Below are positions 1 through 8,161 of a DNA stretch of 45,672 nucleotides, piece by piece. The notes under the pieces were generated by a model. It was not told the DNA's origin and did not search any database. It worked only from the letters and a program-made list of their open reading frames with translations. Each line of letters begins with the position of its first letter. Positions within the stretch are counted from its first letter, which is position 1. Source of the DNA: Flavobacteriales bacterium UBA1959 (GTDB lineage: Bacteria; Bacteroidota; Bacteroidia; Flavobacteriales_D; Sanyastnellaceae); NCBI GenBank assembly GCA_002336085.1, contig DDEH01000027.1, forward strand, positions 1 through 45,672. Reading direction: 5' to 3'. Made by a program: the position numbers and the translations under genes.

Positions 1-1
1 T

Positions 2-904
2 GTAATATTGGGTTGCGGAGCTGCAACACCAACAATGAGGCATCTGCCCTCTGCACAAGCCATTAATTGGAATGGGAAATGGATGCTCGTCGATGCAGGA
101 GAAGGCGTTCAACTATCACTCCGGAAGCAAAGAATCCCGTTTCAGAAAATTGAGCGCATTTTTATTTCGCACATGCATGGCGATCATGTCTTAGGATTGC
201 CCGGTCTTATTGGCAGCCTAAGTTTACTAGGCAGACAAAAACCTCTCACTCTTCATGGGCCCGAAAATCTGCAACGCTTCGTTACAGAATCGCTTCGGTT
301 GACCGAGACACATCTGAAATTCCAATTGAATTTCGTCCGGAACGACAAAACTAAATTCGAATCAATCTTTGAAGAGAACGGTGCTGAGATCAAAGCATTT
401 CCAGTGAAGCATCGGATCGAAGCGTATGGATACCAATTCAACTATACGGCTCCGCTGCTGAACCTTAAGAAGGAGATGATTGATTTAAAAAGGCTCGAGC
501 GCGCGGAGATAATTCAATTAAAGAAGGGAATTAGCGTCACAAAATCGGACGGCACAACAATCGATGCGCTTGATGTGTGCCATCCGAAGCCAAATCCTAT
601 CCGATACGTTTATTCTGGCGACACAAAACCCTGCGAAAACGTACGAATTGCGGCTGAATTTGCCACCGTGCTTTACCATGAGTCTACTTTTCTCGACGGA
701 AAGCGCCTAAAAGCAAAGGAGACAGGACACAGCACGGCTCATCAGGCCGGTAAAATTGCACGAGAAGCGCAAGCGTCTCAATTGATTATTGGTCACTTCT
801 CAAGCCGCTACCGAAACGAGCAACTACTGTTGGATGAGGCCATGGAACAACATAACAATGTCGCCCTTGCCTGCGAAGGTTTGAGGCTGAACCTAGGTTC
901 TTAA
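2..904 (+). CDS. rnz: Ribonuclease Z (metallo-beta-lactamase-fold tRNA 3' endonuclease); 5' end runs off the window
   Basis: The frame is open from base 2 (..ILGCGAATPT..). It has the HxHxDH zinc motif ISHMHGDH and a C-terminal GHFSSRY region typical of short RNase Z. The TTG at 8 in the ORF track is unlikely to be the true start. Confidence 0.85.
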   Translation, partial: VILGCGAATPTMRHLPSAQAINWNGKWMLVDAGEGVQLSLRKQRIPFQKIERIFISHMHGDHVLGLPGLIGSLSLLGRQKPLTLHGPENLQRFVTESLRLTETHLKFQLNFVRNDKTKFESIFEENGAEIKAFPVKHRIEAYGYQFNYTAPLLNLKKEMIDLKRLERAEIIQLKKGISVTKSDGTTIDALDVCHPKPNPIRYVYSGDTKPCENVRIAAEFATVLYHESTFLDGKRLKAKETGHSTAHQAGKIAREAQASQLIIGHFSSRYRNEQLLLDEAMEQHNNVALACEGLRLNLGS

Positions 905-969
905 GTTGCGCCCCCTTCAATGTTCATTGTTAATCTTCAAAACCTTATTTAGAATCATTCTGAATTGTG

Positions 970-977
970 TACTTTTG
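970..977 (+). promoter_or_regulatory. -7 promoter-like motif TACTTTTG upstream of the response regulator
   Basis: Exact TAnnTTTG match ending 9 nt before ATG 987. This implies a very short leader. Confidence 0.35.
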
Positions 978-986
978 TAGTCCTCA

Positions 987-1670
987 ATGGCGCGCTCCAT
1001 TTCCATAGCAATTGCAGATAGCAGTCCCGTCTTTCGATATGGCTTGCGCAATATCCTTGCTGCCAAAACTGGCTATCATGTTATCGATGAAATAGAAAGC
1101 GGTCAGGCACTAGAGCAATGGCTGAAGACCCAATCGCCTGATATGATCGTGATAGATTGTCTCGCATCAGGATTCTCCGTAGACACAGTAGCTGCCTGTT
1201 CTCGTATCCGTCCCAAAACAAAGCTCTTGGCAATAACTTCCTCTCACAGCGGTCAAAGCATAGTGAACGCTTTGCGCGCCGGGATTACGAGTTATGTGAA
1301 AAAGGATTGTTCCATGGATGAAGTCATGGAAGCCATTGATGAAACAAGCAAGGGTGGAACTTTTTTTTGCGGTCAAATTCTCGGGGCTATAAAAGCAGAA
1401 AATATCGATTTAAGCGATTTAGAACTTGCGGAAGCAACGTGCGATCCGATCCTTCTTTCACAAAGAGAAATTGAGGTGCTCACCCATATATCTGAAGGGA
1501 AAACAAATGTGCAAATTGCAGAGAAACTTTTCTTGAGCAGTCACACTGTGAATACGCATCGTAAAAACATCATGCAAAAATTAGGGGTAAAAAATACTGC
1601 TTCTATGGTGATGTACGCCGTTAAATCCGGCCTCGTAAATCCCAATCGATTCTTATTCACCAACAGTTAA
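987..1670 (+). CDS. NarL/LuxR-family response regulator (receiver + LuxR HTH), no adjacent sensor kinase
   Basis: The receiver domain has an acceptor Asp in MIVIDCL, a Thr in LAITSS and a Lys in YVKKD. The C-terminal LuxR HTH reads LSQREIEVLTHISEGKTNVQIAEKLFLSSHTVNTHRKNIMQKLGV. Confidence 0.8.
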   Translation: MARSISIAIADSSPVFRYGLRNILAAKTGYHVIDEIESGQALEQWLKTQSPDMIVIDCLASGFSVDTVAACSRIRPKTKLLAITSSHSGQSIVNALRAGITSYVKKDCSMDEVMEAIDETSKGGTFFCGQILGAIKAENIDLSDLELAEATCDPILLSQREIEVLTHISEGKTNVQIAEKLFLSSHTVNTHRKNIMQKLGVKNTASMVMYAVKSGLVNPNRFLFTNS

Positions 1671-1737
1671 AACAGGCCAAATTCAGTCATCGTGTTTGGA
1701 CTTTGGCACTGAAAAACCGACCTTTGCAAAACGCTAA

Positions 1738-2835
1738 ATGATAGAAGCCAGCCAGATGAAGATTGAAACTACCTCCACGTTTGATGTGCACCAGACGCAA
1801 ACATCGCGATTAGACCAGGTAGATTTTGATAATTTGGATTTCGGGCGTGTCTTCTCTGACCACATGTTTGTCATGGAGTACGAAGACGGAAAGTGGCAGC
1901 GTGGAGCTGTTGAGCCTTATGGGCCTTTCACAATGAGTCCGGCTTCCATGGTCTTCCATTATGGTCAAGCTATTTTTGAAGGAATGAAAGCTTACCGTTC
2001 TCAAGACGGTTCAGTTTCATTGTTTAGGCCGGGCAAAAATATTGAGCGCTTTAATACCTCAGCGAGACGCTTGTGCATGCCAGAGGTTCCCGAAGACGTA
2101 TTTATGGAAGCTCTTGCTGCACTGGTAAAGCTAGATGAGGCTTGGGTGCCTTCAGGCGATGAAGCATCGTTGTACGTCCGACCGTTCATGATCGCAACCG
2201 ATTCATTTGTTGGAGTCCGCTCAAGCAATAAATACACATTCAGCATTTTCACGTGTCCTGTTGATGCTTATTACAAGGGATCGGTGCGAGTAAAAGTAGA
2301 GCGACATTTTACCCGAGCAACTCCCGGAGGAACAGGCTACGCAAAAGCGGCCGGAAACTATGCCGGATCCCTTTACCCATCAGAATTAGCACAGAAGGAA
2401 GGGTATGACCAATTAATTTGGACAGATGCCGTAGAACACGAATACATCGAGGAGAGCGGTACAATGAATGCAATGTTCATTATCGGCGGAAAGCTCGTCT
2501 CCCCTCAAACGAGCGATACCATCCTCAATGGAGTAACACGAGACTCTGTAATCACGATAGCCAAAGACCTAGGTATCGAGGTGGAAATTCGAAAAATCAG
2601 TGTCACTGAATTGGAAGAGGGGCTGAAATCAGGCCGCATCACTGAGGCTTTTGGTGTTGGCACTGCTGCCACCATCAAGTCCATAGAAGTTATAGGTATC
2701 GATGGGACAAACTATACTCTTCTTCGCAGCGAACCCAGTCACGAAGGAAGCGTCGCGAATCAATTGTCACTAGAATTGGATGGAATCAGAAGAGGGAGGA
2801 GGGACGACCGTCACTTGTGGAATATTCCCGTGTAA
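1738..2835 (+). CDS. ilvE: Branched-chain amino acid aminotransferase (fold-type IV PLP enzyme)
   Basis: Long-form BCAT motifs are present: FGRVFSDHM, HYGQAIFEGMKAY, the PLP-lysine context GTGYAKAAGNYAGSL, and GVGTAA near the C-terminus. ATG 1756 is an alternative start. Confidence 0.85.
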   Translation: MIEASQMKIETTSTFDVHQTQTSRLDQVDFDNLDFGRVFSDHMFVMEYEDGKWQRGAVEPYGPFTMSPASMVFHYGQAIFEGMKAYRSQDGSVSLFRPGKNIERFNTSARRLCMPEVPEDVFMEALAALVKLDEAWVPSGDEASLYVRPFMIATDSFVGVRSSNKYTFSIFTCPVDAYYKGSVRVKVERHFTRATPGGTGYAKAAGNYAGSLYPSELAQKEGYDQLIWTDAVEHEYIEESGTMNAMFIIGGKLVSPQTSDTILNGVTRDSVITIAKDLGIEVEIRKISVTELEEGLKSGRITEAFGVGTAATIKSIEVIGIDGTNYTLLRSEPSHEGSVANQLSLELDGIRRGRRDDRHLWNIPV

Positions 2836-2844
2836 TCGTATTGG

Positions 2845-4335
2845 ATGACAAGAGCCATGGAGAAATTGCCGAGTGTTCGATCTACTTGGAGCCGATTTCT
2901 AGTTCTGACGGCTCTTTTCTCTGCTCTTTCATCACATGGCATTGGGCAGAATCAATATTTGACATTTGGCACGGGTGCTACCCCAATGGCACTAAGCTCA
3001 GACTACCGTTCAAATGGATGGAATCCTGCCCACATCTCACTGAGTCCCATGCTTCAGCCTGACTGGAAAAGTGCCGCAGCAGGCATGGAGTTTGGAGCCA
3101 GACTCTCATCAGAAGCTTTAAATCGTACTGATCTCTGGGACGGTGTATTAGGACGAAGCGAAGAATCCATTGATTGGCAAAGCAATGAATGGGAAGACTG
3201 GAAAAATCTACTGGCTGGTGAAGAAATAGCATTCAACTTAGATATAACGACAACTGCAGCCGCGAAGCATTGGGGAAAATGGGCTGTCGCTTACACTTCA
3301 AGACAACATTTCCAAGCTGAGATGTTGCTCGATGTCTCCTCTGTTGAGCTACTTCTCCAAGGTGGAGCTGCTAATTGGTTTGAGCTCATCATTACTACTG
3401 CCGGAGATACTCTTCAAAACAGTGAAAATAACAGCGTTGATCTTACAGACATTGCTAGTGGACTCGACCTTGATGGCGACGCCGTGCTCAGCAATTTGTT
3501 AGCTTCCACAAGGCTTGGCTTCTCTTGGCATCGCGCCCATACCGTTGGGTTGTCCAAGGAGTGGCAGCTTGAATCTTTAACTTTGCATACGGGCATAGCT
3601 GGGCGATTACTCCTCGGAAATGGATTCTTTAAGCTGGACCAACAGGACGGAACACTTGACGCTTTTGGAGCCTTCTCGAATGGATTCAATATCCCATCTT
3701 TGGCGACTGTTTCACAGCCAACAACGACGCAATCACTCAGAAATTGGGGCCCTGTTGGACAGGGTTGGGGAGCAGATATCGGTGTCGCTCTAGATTGGAA
3801 TAAAAAAATCTGGGCCTCTGCAGCCGTCACAGATATCGGTTCGATGGAGTGGCGCGGCGAACAATACAGCATTGGTCAGCTAGCACTGAGCAATTGGAGT
3901 ACACCCATAATTGCCGCTGAAAATTGGATCGAAATTGCAACTGCGGCGTTAAATCCTACTACCTGGTTCAATGGCTCCGAAACCGAAATTCGACGCATTA
4001 AAAATGGCACAACATTTCACATTGGCGGGGGAATTCACCTCAGCGAGCAATTGAGTCTAGCAGCCGATGCGTCATTCGATGATTCCAAATTATTGGGCAA
4101 TGCTGGTTCGAGAATGGGCTTTTCCTGCATTCTTCAGCCTTGTTCTTTTCTTCGCTTTGATGCAGGACTTAGCAAATGGGGCAATGAAACAATTCGCGTT
4201 CCACTTGGTTTAATTTTTACAACCAATAAAAGAGGATTTGAATGCGGACTGCAAGCCACAGATATACAAGGAATCTGGAAAGATGCGCAACCAGAAATAG
4301 GACTTCGAGCCTGTGTAATGCGCTGGGTTTGGTGA
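2845..4335 (+). CDS. Secreted protein, probable outer-membrane beta-barrel of unknown function
   Basis: It has a signal peptide (FLVLTALFSALSSHGIGQ), Gly/aromatic-rich alternating segments and a terminal aromatic residue (..MRWVW). No catalytic motif was recognised. ATG 2857 is an alternative start. Confidence 0.55.
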   Translation: MTRAMEKLPSVRSTWSRFLVLTALFSALSSHGIGQNQYLTFGTGATPMALSSDYRSNGWNPAHISLSPMLQPDWKSAAAGMEFGARLSSEALNRTDLWDGVLGRSEESIDWQSNEWEDWKNLLAGEEIAFNLDITTTAAAKHWGKWAVAYTSRQHFQAEMLLDVSSVELLLQGGAANWFELIITTAGDTLQNSENNSVDLTDIASGLDLDGDAVLSNLLASTRLGFSWHRAHTVGLSKEWQLESLTLHTGIAGRLLLGNGFFKLDQQDGTLDAFGAFSNGFNIPSLATVSQPTTTQSLRNWGPVGQGWGADIGVALDWNKKIWASAAVTDIGSMEWRGEQYSIGQLALSNWSTPIIAAENWIEIATAALNPTTWFNGSETEIRRIKNGTTFHIGGGIHLSEQLSLAADASFDDSKLLGNAGSRMGFSCILQPCSFLRFDAGLSKWGNETIRVPLGLIFTTNKRGFECGLQATDIQGIWKDAQPEIGLRACVMRWVW

Positions 4336-4964
4336 GAACAATATTTGTCCTTTTTGGATGCCTCCTATCCACAACCTGGATGAATTTTTCCAACGCACAA
4401 ATTAACCCTATGAATTCAACAACTCAATCTCCTGAATTAGAAAAATTGACCCTAGGTGCCGGATGCTTCTGGTGCGTTGAAGCTGTTTTTGAAAATCTAG
4501 AAGGCGTAGAAAGTGCCGTTTCAGGCTACATGGGTGGCACAATCAAGAACCCAAGCTACCGGGAAATCTGTACAGGAAGAACGGGACACGCAGAAGTAGT
4601 ACAGGTTGTGTATAACTCAAATATTCTAAGCACTGCGACCCTCCTTGAAGTCTTTTTCTCAACCCACGACCCCACTACACTAAATCGACAAGGAGCAGAT
4701 GCGGGAACTCAGTACCGCTCAGCTATTTATTATCATTCAGACAAACAGCAGAAAGAGGCGGTTTTAGCAAAAGAAAAAGCTGGATTAGAATGGACTGGAA
4801 GCGTCGTTACCGAAGTGACAGCGGCTTCGGACTTTTTCGTTGCAGAAGATTATCACCAGGCTTACTACGAACTAAATGGTGAGGCGCCCTATTGCCGAGC
4901 GGTGATTTTACCCAAGATGCAGAAATTGCAATCCAATTTCAAGCACTTGCTCAAGTTCCAATAA
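4332..4964 (+). CDS. msrA: Peptide-methionine (S)-S-oxide reductase MsrA, possibly exported
   Basis: It carries the catalytic GCFWC motif (LGAGCFWCVE) plus HDPTTLNRQG and YHQAYY. The start is ambiguous. GTG 4332 overlaps the upstream stop as GTGA and gives a signal-peptide-like VRTIFVLFGCLLSTTWMNFSNA. ATG 4380 would give a cytoplasmic form. Confidence 0.85.
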   Translation: MRTIFVLFGCLLSTTWMNFSNAQINPMNSTTQSPELEKLTLGAGCFWCVEAVFENLEGVESAVSGYMGGTIKNPSYREICTGRTGHAEVVQVVYNSNILSTATLLEVFFSTHDPTTLNRQGADAGTQYRSAIYYHSDKQQKEAVLAKEKAGLEWTGSVVTEVTAASDFFVAEDYHQAYYELNGEAPYCRAVILPKMQKLQSNFKHLLKFQ

Positions 4965-5016
4965 AATCGAGGCAACGATCCGTGTGAACACTCATTTGAG
5001 CTCAAACGCACAAGGA

Positions 5017-5577
5017 CTAGTCAGCTGAATCTGCGGCCTCGATTAATTCATTAAGCATGCCTTCAATCAGTTCCAATTCATTGGGACTAATCTTGGCATC
5101 CAAACGAGCTTGTTTTTTCATGTGTCGATACATGCTCGCTTTTTTAATTTCAATTGCCACATAGACCGTATATGCCCCATCTTCAGCAGCATACTTTTCT
5201 TTTCCGATCTGCCGCATATCCGTGATTGTTGTGCTAGTAATTTCACGCGCAAGCGTCTCAAAACGGGTCATCGCTTCATCCAGATTTTGAGCAGTAGCCG
5301 TTCTCTGATAATCATCCGTCACAACCTCAAAATAGGTCTGGACCTGTTGGGCCAATTGCTGCCGAGCACGCATTTCGGCTTGACTGTTTGCGACAGCATC
5401 CATTTTACTCATTCCCATCCCAGTGGCCCGGTAAAATCGATTGTTCGATTCATATTTAGAACCTGCAAATGGTTCTTTTACTTTCTGTCCCAACGGATTT
5501 GAAGCGCAAGATGCAAAAATTAGCGTTCCAGCAAGAAGCCACAAAGGGGCAAAGGTCAATTGTCGAAAAATTACCAT
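5017..5577 (-). CDS. Lipoprotein (LPP20-like, assignment tentative) of unknown function
   Basis: The internal ATG at 5577 gives MVIFRQLTFAPLWLLAGTLIFASC, a lipoprotein-type signal ending in Cys. The mature part is helical and charged. The family name is from memory only. Confidence 0.5.
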   Translation of the reverse strand: MVIFRQLTFAPLWLLAGTLIFASCASNPLGQKVKEPFAGSKYESNNRFYRATGMGMSKMDAVANSQAEMRARQQLAQQVQTYFEVVTDDYQRTATAQNLDEAMTRFETLAREITSTTITDMRQIGKEKYAAEDGAYTVYVAIEIKKASMYRHMKKQARLDAKISPNELELIEGMLNELIEAADSAD

Positions 5578-5630
5578 GTTTAGCTTATTGATTTTTCCGA
5601 AAGATGCGAAAGTCATGCCAAACTTCTCAT

Positions 5631-5638
5631 TAAATTTG
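5631..5638 (+). promoter_or_regulatory. Bacteroidota -7 promoter-like motif TAAATTTG upstream of the 5697 gene
   Basis: Exact TAnnTTTG match in an intergenic region, correct strand, 58 nt before ATG 5697. Confidence 0.35.
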
Positions 5639-5696
5639 TCATAAGTGGTTTGTGTACGCAATGAACTAAATTCATTTACCCACGACTTGTAATCCT

Positions 5697-6257
5697 ATGG
5701 CGCGTTTAATTCCACAGAATCTCAAAATAAAAATCGCATTGCGTATGCTGAGTTTTGCGACTCAGAGCGACCGGTTAAAGCAAGGGACTTCTCTTAACAA
5801 AGCCAAAACTGTGATCCTTGTATACAAGGGTGAAACGGAGTCCAAGTACAGATTGGTAAAAGACATTGCGGCTTACTTGAAAAAAGAATTTGGAATCAAG
5901 CGAATCATGCGATTGGCATATTTAGATGTAGATGAAAAAAAGATTCCAATTTGGCACATGCGCAAGCTAGAATCGGACTTCTTTTGCCAGAGTGATCTGA
6001 ATTGGTACTTCCGGCCTGTTAAGAATATCGATGGCTTAATTGATGAGCCCTATGACATTTTAATCAATCTGGACCCTGATGCATCTATACCTCTGGACTT
6101 TTTCGTGGCAAATTCAAAAGCCCAACTGAAAGTAGCCAACCAATCGTACAGGCGAAAAAAAGACTATGACATTTTACTTCCACCAGAAGAAGGAGACAGT
6201 TGGAAGCAAAGAAATCATCGCATCATCAAATTCCTCTCGGAATCTCCCTTATCATGA
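5697..6257 (+). CDS. Hypothetical protein, translationally coupled to the DapA-like gene
   Basis: A 186-codon ORF with no recognised motif. Its stop overlaps the next start (ATGA at 6254-6257). Confidence 0.55.
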   Translation: MARLIPQNLKIKIALRMLSFATQSDRLKQGTSLNKAKTVILVYKGETESKYRLVKDIAAYLKKEFGIKRIMRLAYLDVDEKKIPIWHMRKLESDFFCQSDLNWYFRPVKNIDGLIDEPYDILINLDPDASIPLDFFVANSKAQLKVANQSYRRKKDYDILLPPEEGDSWKQRNHRIIKFLSESPLS

Positions 6258-7171
6258 ATAAGCAAATCGCAAATATTATTCAGGGGCATGGTGTTTCGCT
6301 AATTACCCCATTCAATAAAATTGGAGATGTTGACTATCCCGCATTGGAGCGTTTGACGAAAACACTTTCGGTATCAAACGTGAATTTTATCGTCGTCCTT
6401 GGCAATGCATCGGAAGCTGCTTTGTTAGACAATGATGAACAAGTGCGAGTCATGGACTTTGTCTCAGAGATAAACAACGGAGCAAAGCCCCTCATGGGTG
6501 GCGTTGCTAGCAACAGCACTCGAAATGCCATTCGGCGCCTTTCCGTTTTCAATCGCCGTGATTTTACCGCTGTTTTTTGCGGATCGCCCTTGCCCAAGGC
6601 GTCATCAAACACCGGACAAATCGGACACTACCGTTCGTTGGCTCAGGAGTCACCTTTGCCCATCTTCTTGCACCATCAAAATGCGGAGCCGGGCCTTTCT
6701 GAATGGGTCATGGATCTTGGAGGAGAAAAAAACATCGCAGGAGTGGTAGATGAATCTGGAGACCTCGGCCTTATCGATCATTGGTTGCGCGAGCGACCCG
6801 ACGGATTTAGCATATTGTCTGCCCGTGACATCATGACCCTTCCTCTTTATTCATTGGGCATCGACGGTGCAGTCTCCACCATTGGCAATGCTTTTCCCAA
6901 TGAATTTGGAGAAATGATTGACCTCTTGGCATTCGGTGCACTAAATGATGGACGCAAAAGGCATCATGAACTAGCGCCACTTATGCACTTATTAGAGCTG
7001 GAGGGAAAGCCCACTGCTATTAAAAGCATACTGGCACAACTCCATCGATGCCATTCTGCCGTTCGGCTTCCAAATACGCCTGTTTCAGAAGCGACACAGC
7101 GAGCCATTTATCAAGCGCTGGCGGAACTTCCCGAGCATATTTCAATAAATCTATTGGAAGAAAACGCCTGA
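6254..7171 (+). CDS. DapA/NAL-superfamily (class I aldolase TIM-barrel) homologue lacking canonical catalytic residues
   Basis: It is collinear with 4-hydroxy-tetrahydrodipicolinate synthase (GVSLITPF, VVLGNASEAALL, NIAGVVDESGDLG, AVSTIGNAFP). The signature positions are substituted, as detailed in the finding. The start is set at ATG 6254 rather than the ORF-track 6200. Confidence 0.7.
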   Translation: MNKQIANIIQGHGVSLITPFNKIGDVDYPALERLTKTLSVSNVNFIVVLGNASEAALLDNDEQVRVMDFVSEINNGAKPLMGGVASNSTRNAIRRLSVFNRRDFTAVFCGSPLPKASSNTGQIGHYRSLAQESPLPIFLHHQNAEPGLSEWVMDLGGEKNIAGVVDESGDLGLIDHWLRERPDGFSILSARDIMTLPLYSLGIDGAVSTIGNAFPNEFGEMIDLLAFGALNDGRKRHHELAPLMHLLELEGKPTAIKSILAQLHRCHSAVRLPNTPVSEATQRAIYQALAELPEHISINLLEENA

Positions 7172-7177
7172 ATACGA

Positions 7178-8161
7178 TTACAATGCAACGGAAGACCGTC
7201 GCATCACGGCTTCCACCTTTGCCAAAATAGATTCTGCATTAAGACCATACTTTTCCATCAACTGATCCGGTGTCCCACTTTCTCCAAATGAGTCATTCAC
7301 CGCTACATGCTCAATAGGCACCGGATGATGTGCAGCTGCAGCCTGTGCAACCAATGCTCCCAAACCACCGTTGCGTTGATGCTCTTCAGCAGTAACGGCA
7401 CAGCCCGTTCGTTTCAATGAATCAACGACCGCCGATACATCAAAAGGCTTAATTGTGTGAACATTTAAAACATCCGCTCGAATTCCACGTGTAGCAAGTA
7501 CCTGAGCTGCCTTAAGTGCTTCCCAAACGAGGTGCCCAGTAGCGACAATAGAGACATCGTTTCCTTCCATAAGTGTTTGAATCTTTCCTATGACAAAAGG
7601 GGACTTTGGGTCCATGAATACAGGAACTTTCGGGCGGCCAAATCGAAGGTAGACTGGACCATGCATTTCTGCGATAGCCATGGTAGCTTGCTTTGTTTGC
7701 TCAAAGTCAGCCGGACAAATCACAGTCATGTTTGGCAACATGTTCATCATGCCTATGTCTTCGAGAATTTGGTGCGTCGCACCATCTTCACCTAAGCTCA
7801 AACCGGCATGCGAAGCACAAATCTTCACATTCTTTTCAGAGTAGGCAATTGACTGCCGTATTTGATCATAGACTCGTCCTGTAGAAAAATTGGCAAACGT
7901 ACCTGTAAATGGGATCTTACCTCCAATTGTCATTCCCGCAGCGACTCCCATCATGTTCGCTTCGGCAATTCCGACTTGAAAAAAACGATCGGGAAATGCA
8001 TCCTTAAATGCATTCATTTTAAGGGAACCTGTCAAATCTGCACACAAGGCAACGGCATTTTTATTGCTTTTACCTACTTCGAGTAAGCCTTCACCGAAGC
8101 CACTTCGTGTGTCTTTATTTACTGTAGGCTCGAGGGTTTGAATGAAGCGAGAGTTAACCAT
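7178..8161 (-). CDS. Transketolase, C-terminal subunit (pyrimidine-binding and C-terminal domains) of a split enzyme
   Basis: Motifs FFQVGIAEANMMGVAAG, CASHAGLSLGEDGATHQ and HTIKPFD. The size and layout are typical of the split-transketolase B chain. Confidence 0.85.
   Translation of the reverse strand: MVNSRFIQTLEPTVNKDTRSGFGEGLLEVGKSNKNAVALCADLTGSLKMNAFKDAFPDRFFQVGIAEANMMGVAAGMTIGGKIPFTGTFANFSTGRVYDQIRQSIAYSEKNVKICASHAGLSLGEDGATHQILEDIGMMNMLPNMTVICPADFEQTKQATMAIAEMHGPVYLRFGRPKVPVFMDPKSPFVIGKIQTLMEGNDVSIVATGHLVWEALKAAQVLATRGIRADVLNVHTIKPFDVSAVVDSLKRTGCAVTAEEHQRNGGLGALVAQAAAAHHPVPIEHVAVNDSFGESGTPDQLMEKYGLNAESILAKVEAVMRRSSVAL

Noticed and set aside
4242-4331. ORF-track N-terminal extension of msrA overlapping the end of the barrel gene
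   Set aside because: The extension (MRTASHRYTRNLERCATRNR..) overlaps a supported upstream CDS in another frame and looks non-protein-like. The starts at 4332 or 4380 are more plausible.
4995-5006. Perfect 12-bp palindrome TTTGAGCTCAAA between the convergent msrA and lipoprotein genes
   Set aside because: It is too short to give a stable hairpin once loop constraints are taken into account, and it contains a SacI-type site by chance. It is at most a weak bidirectional terminator.
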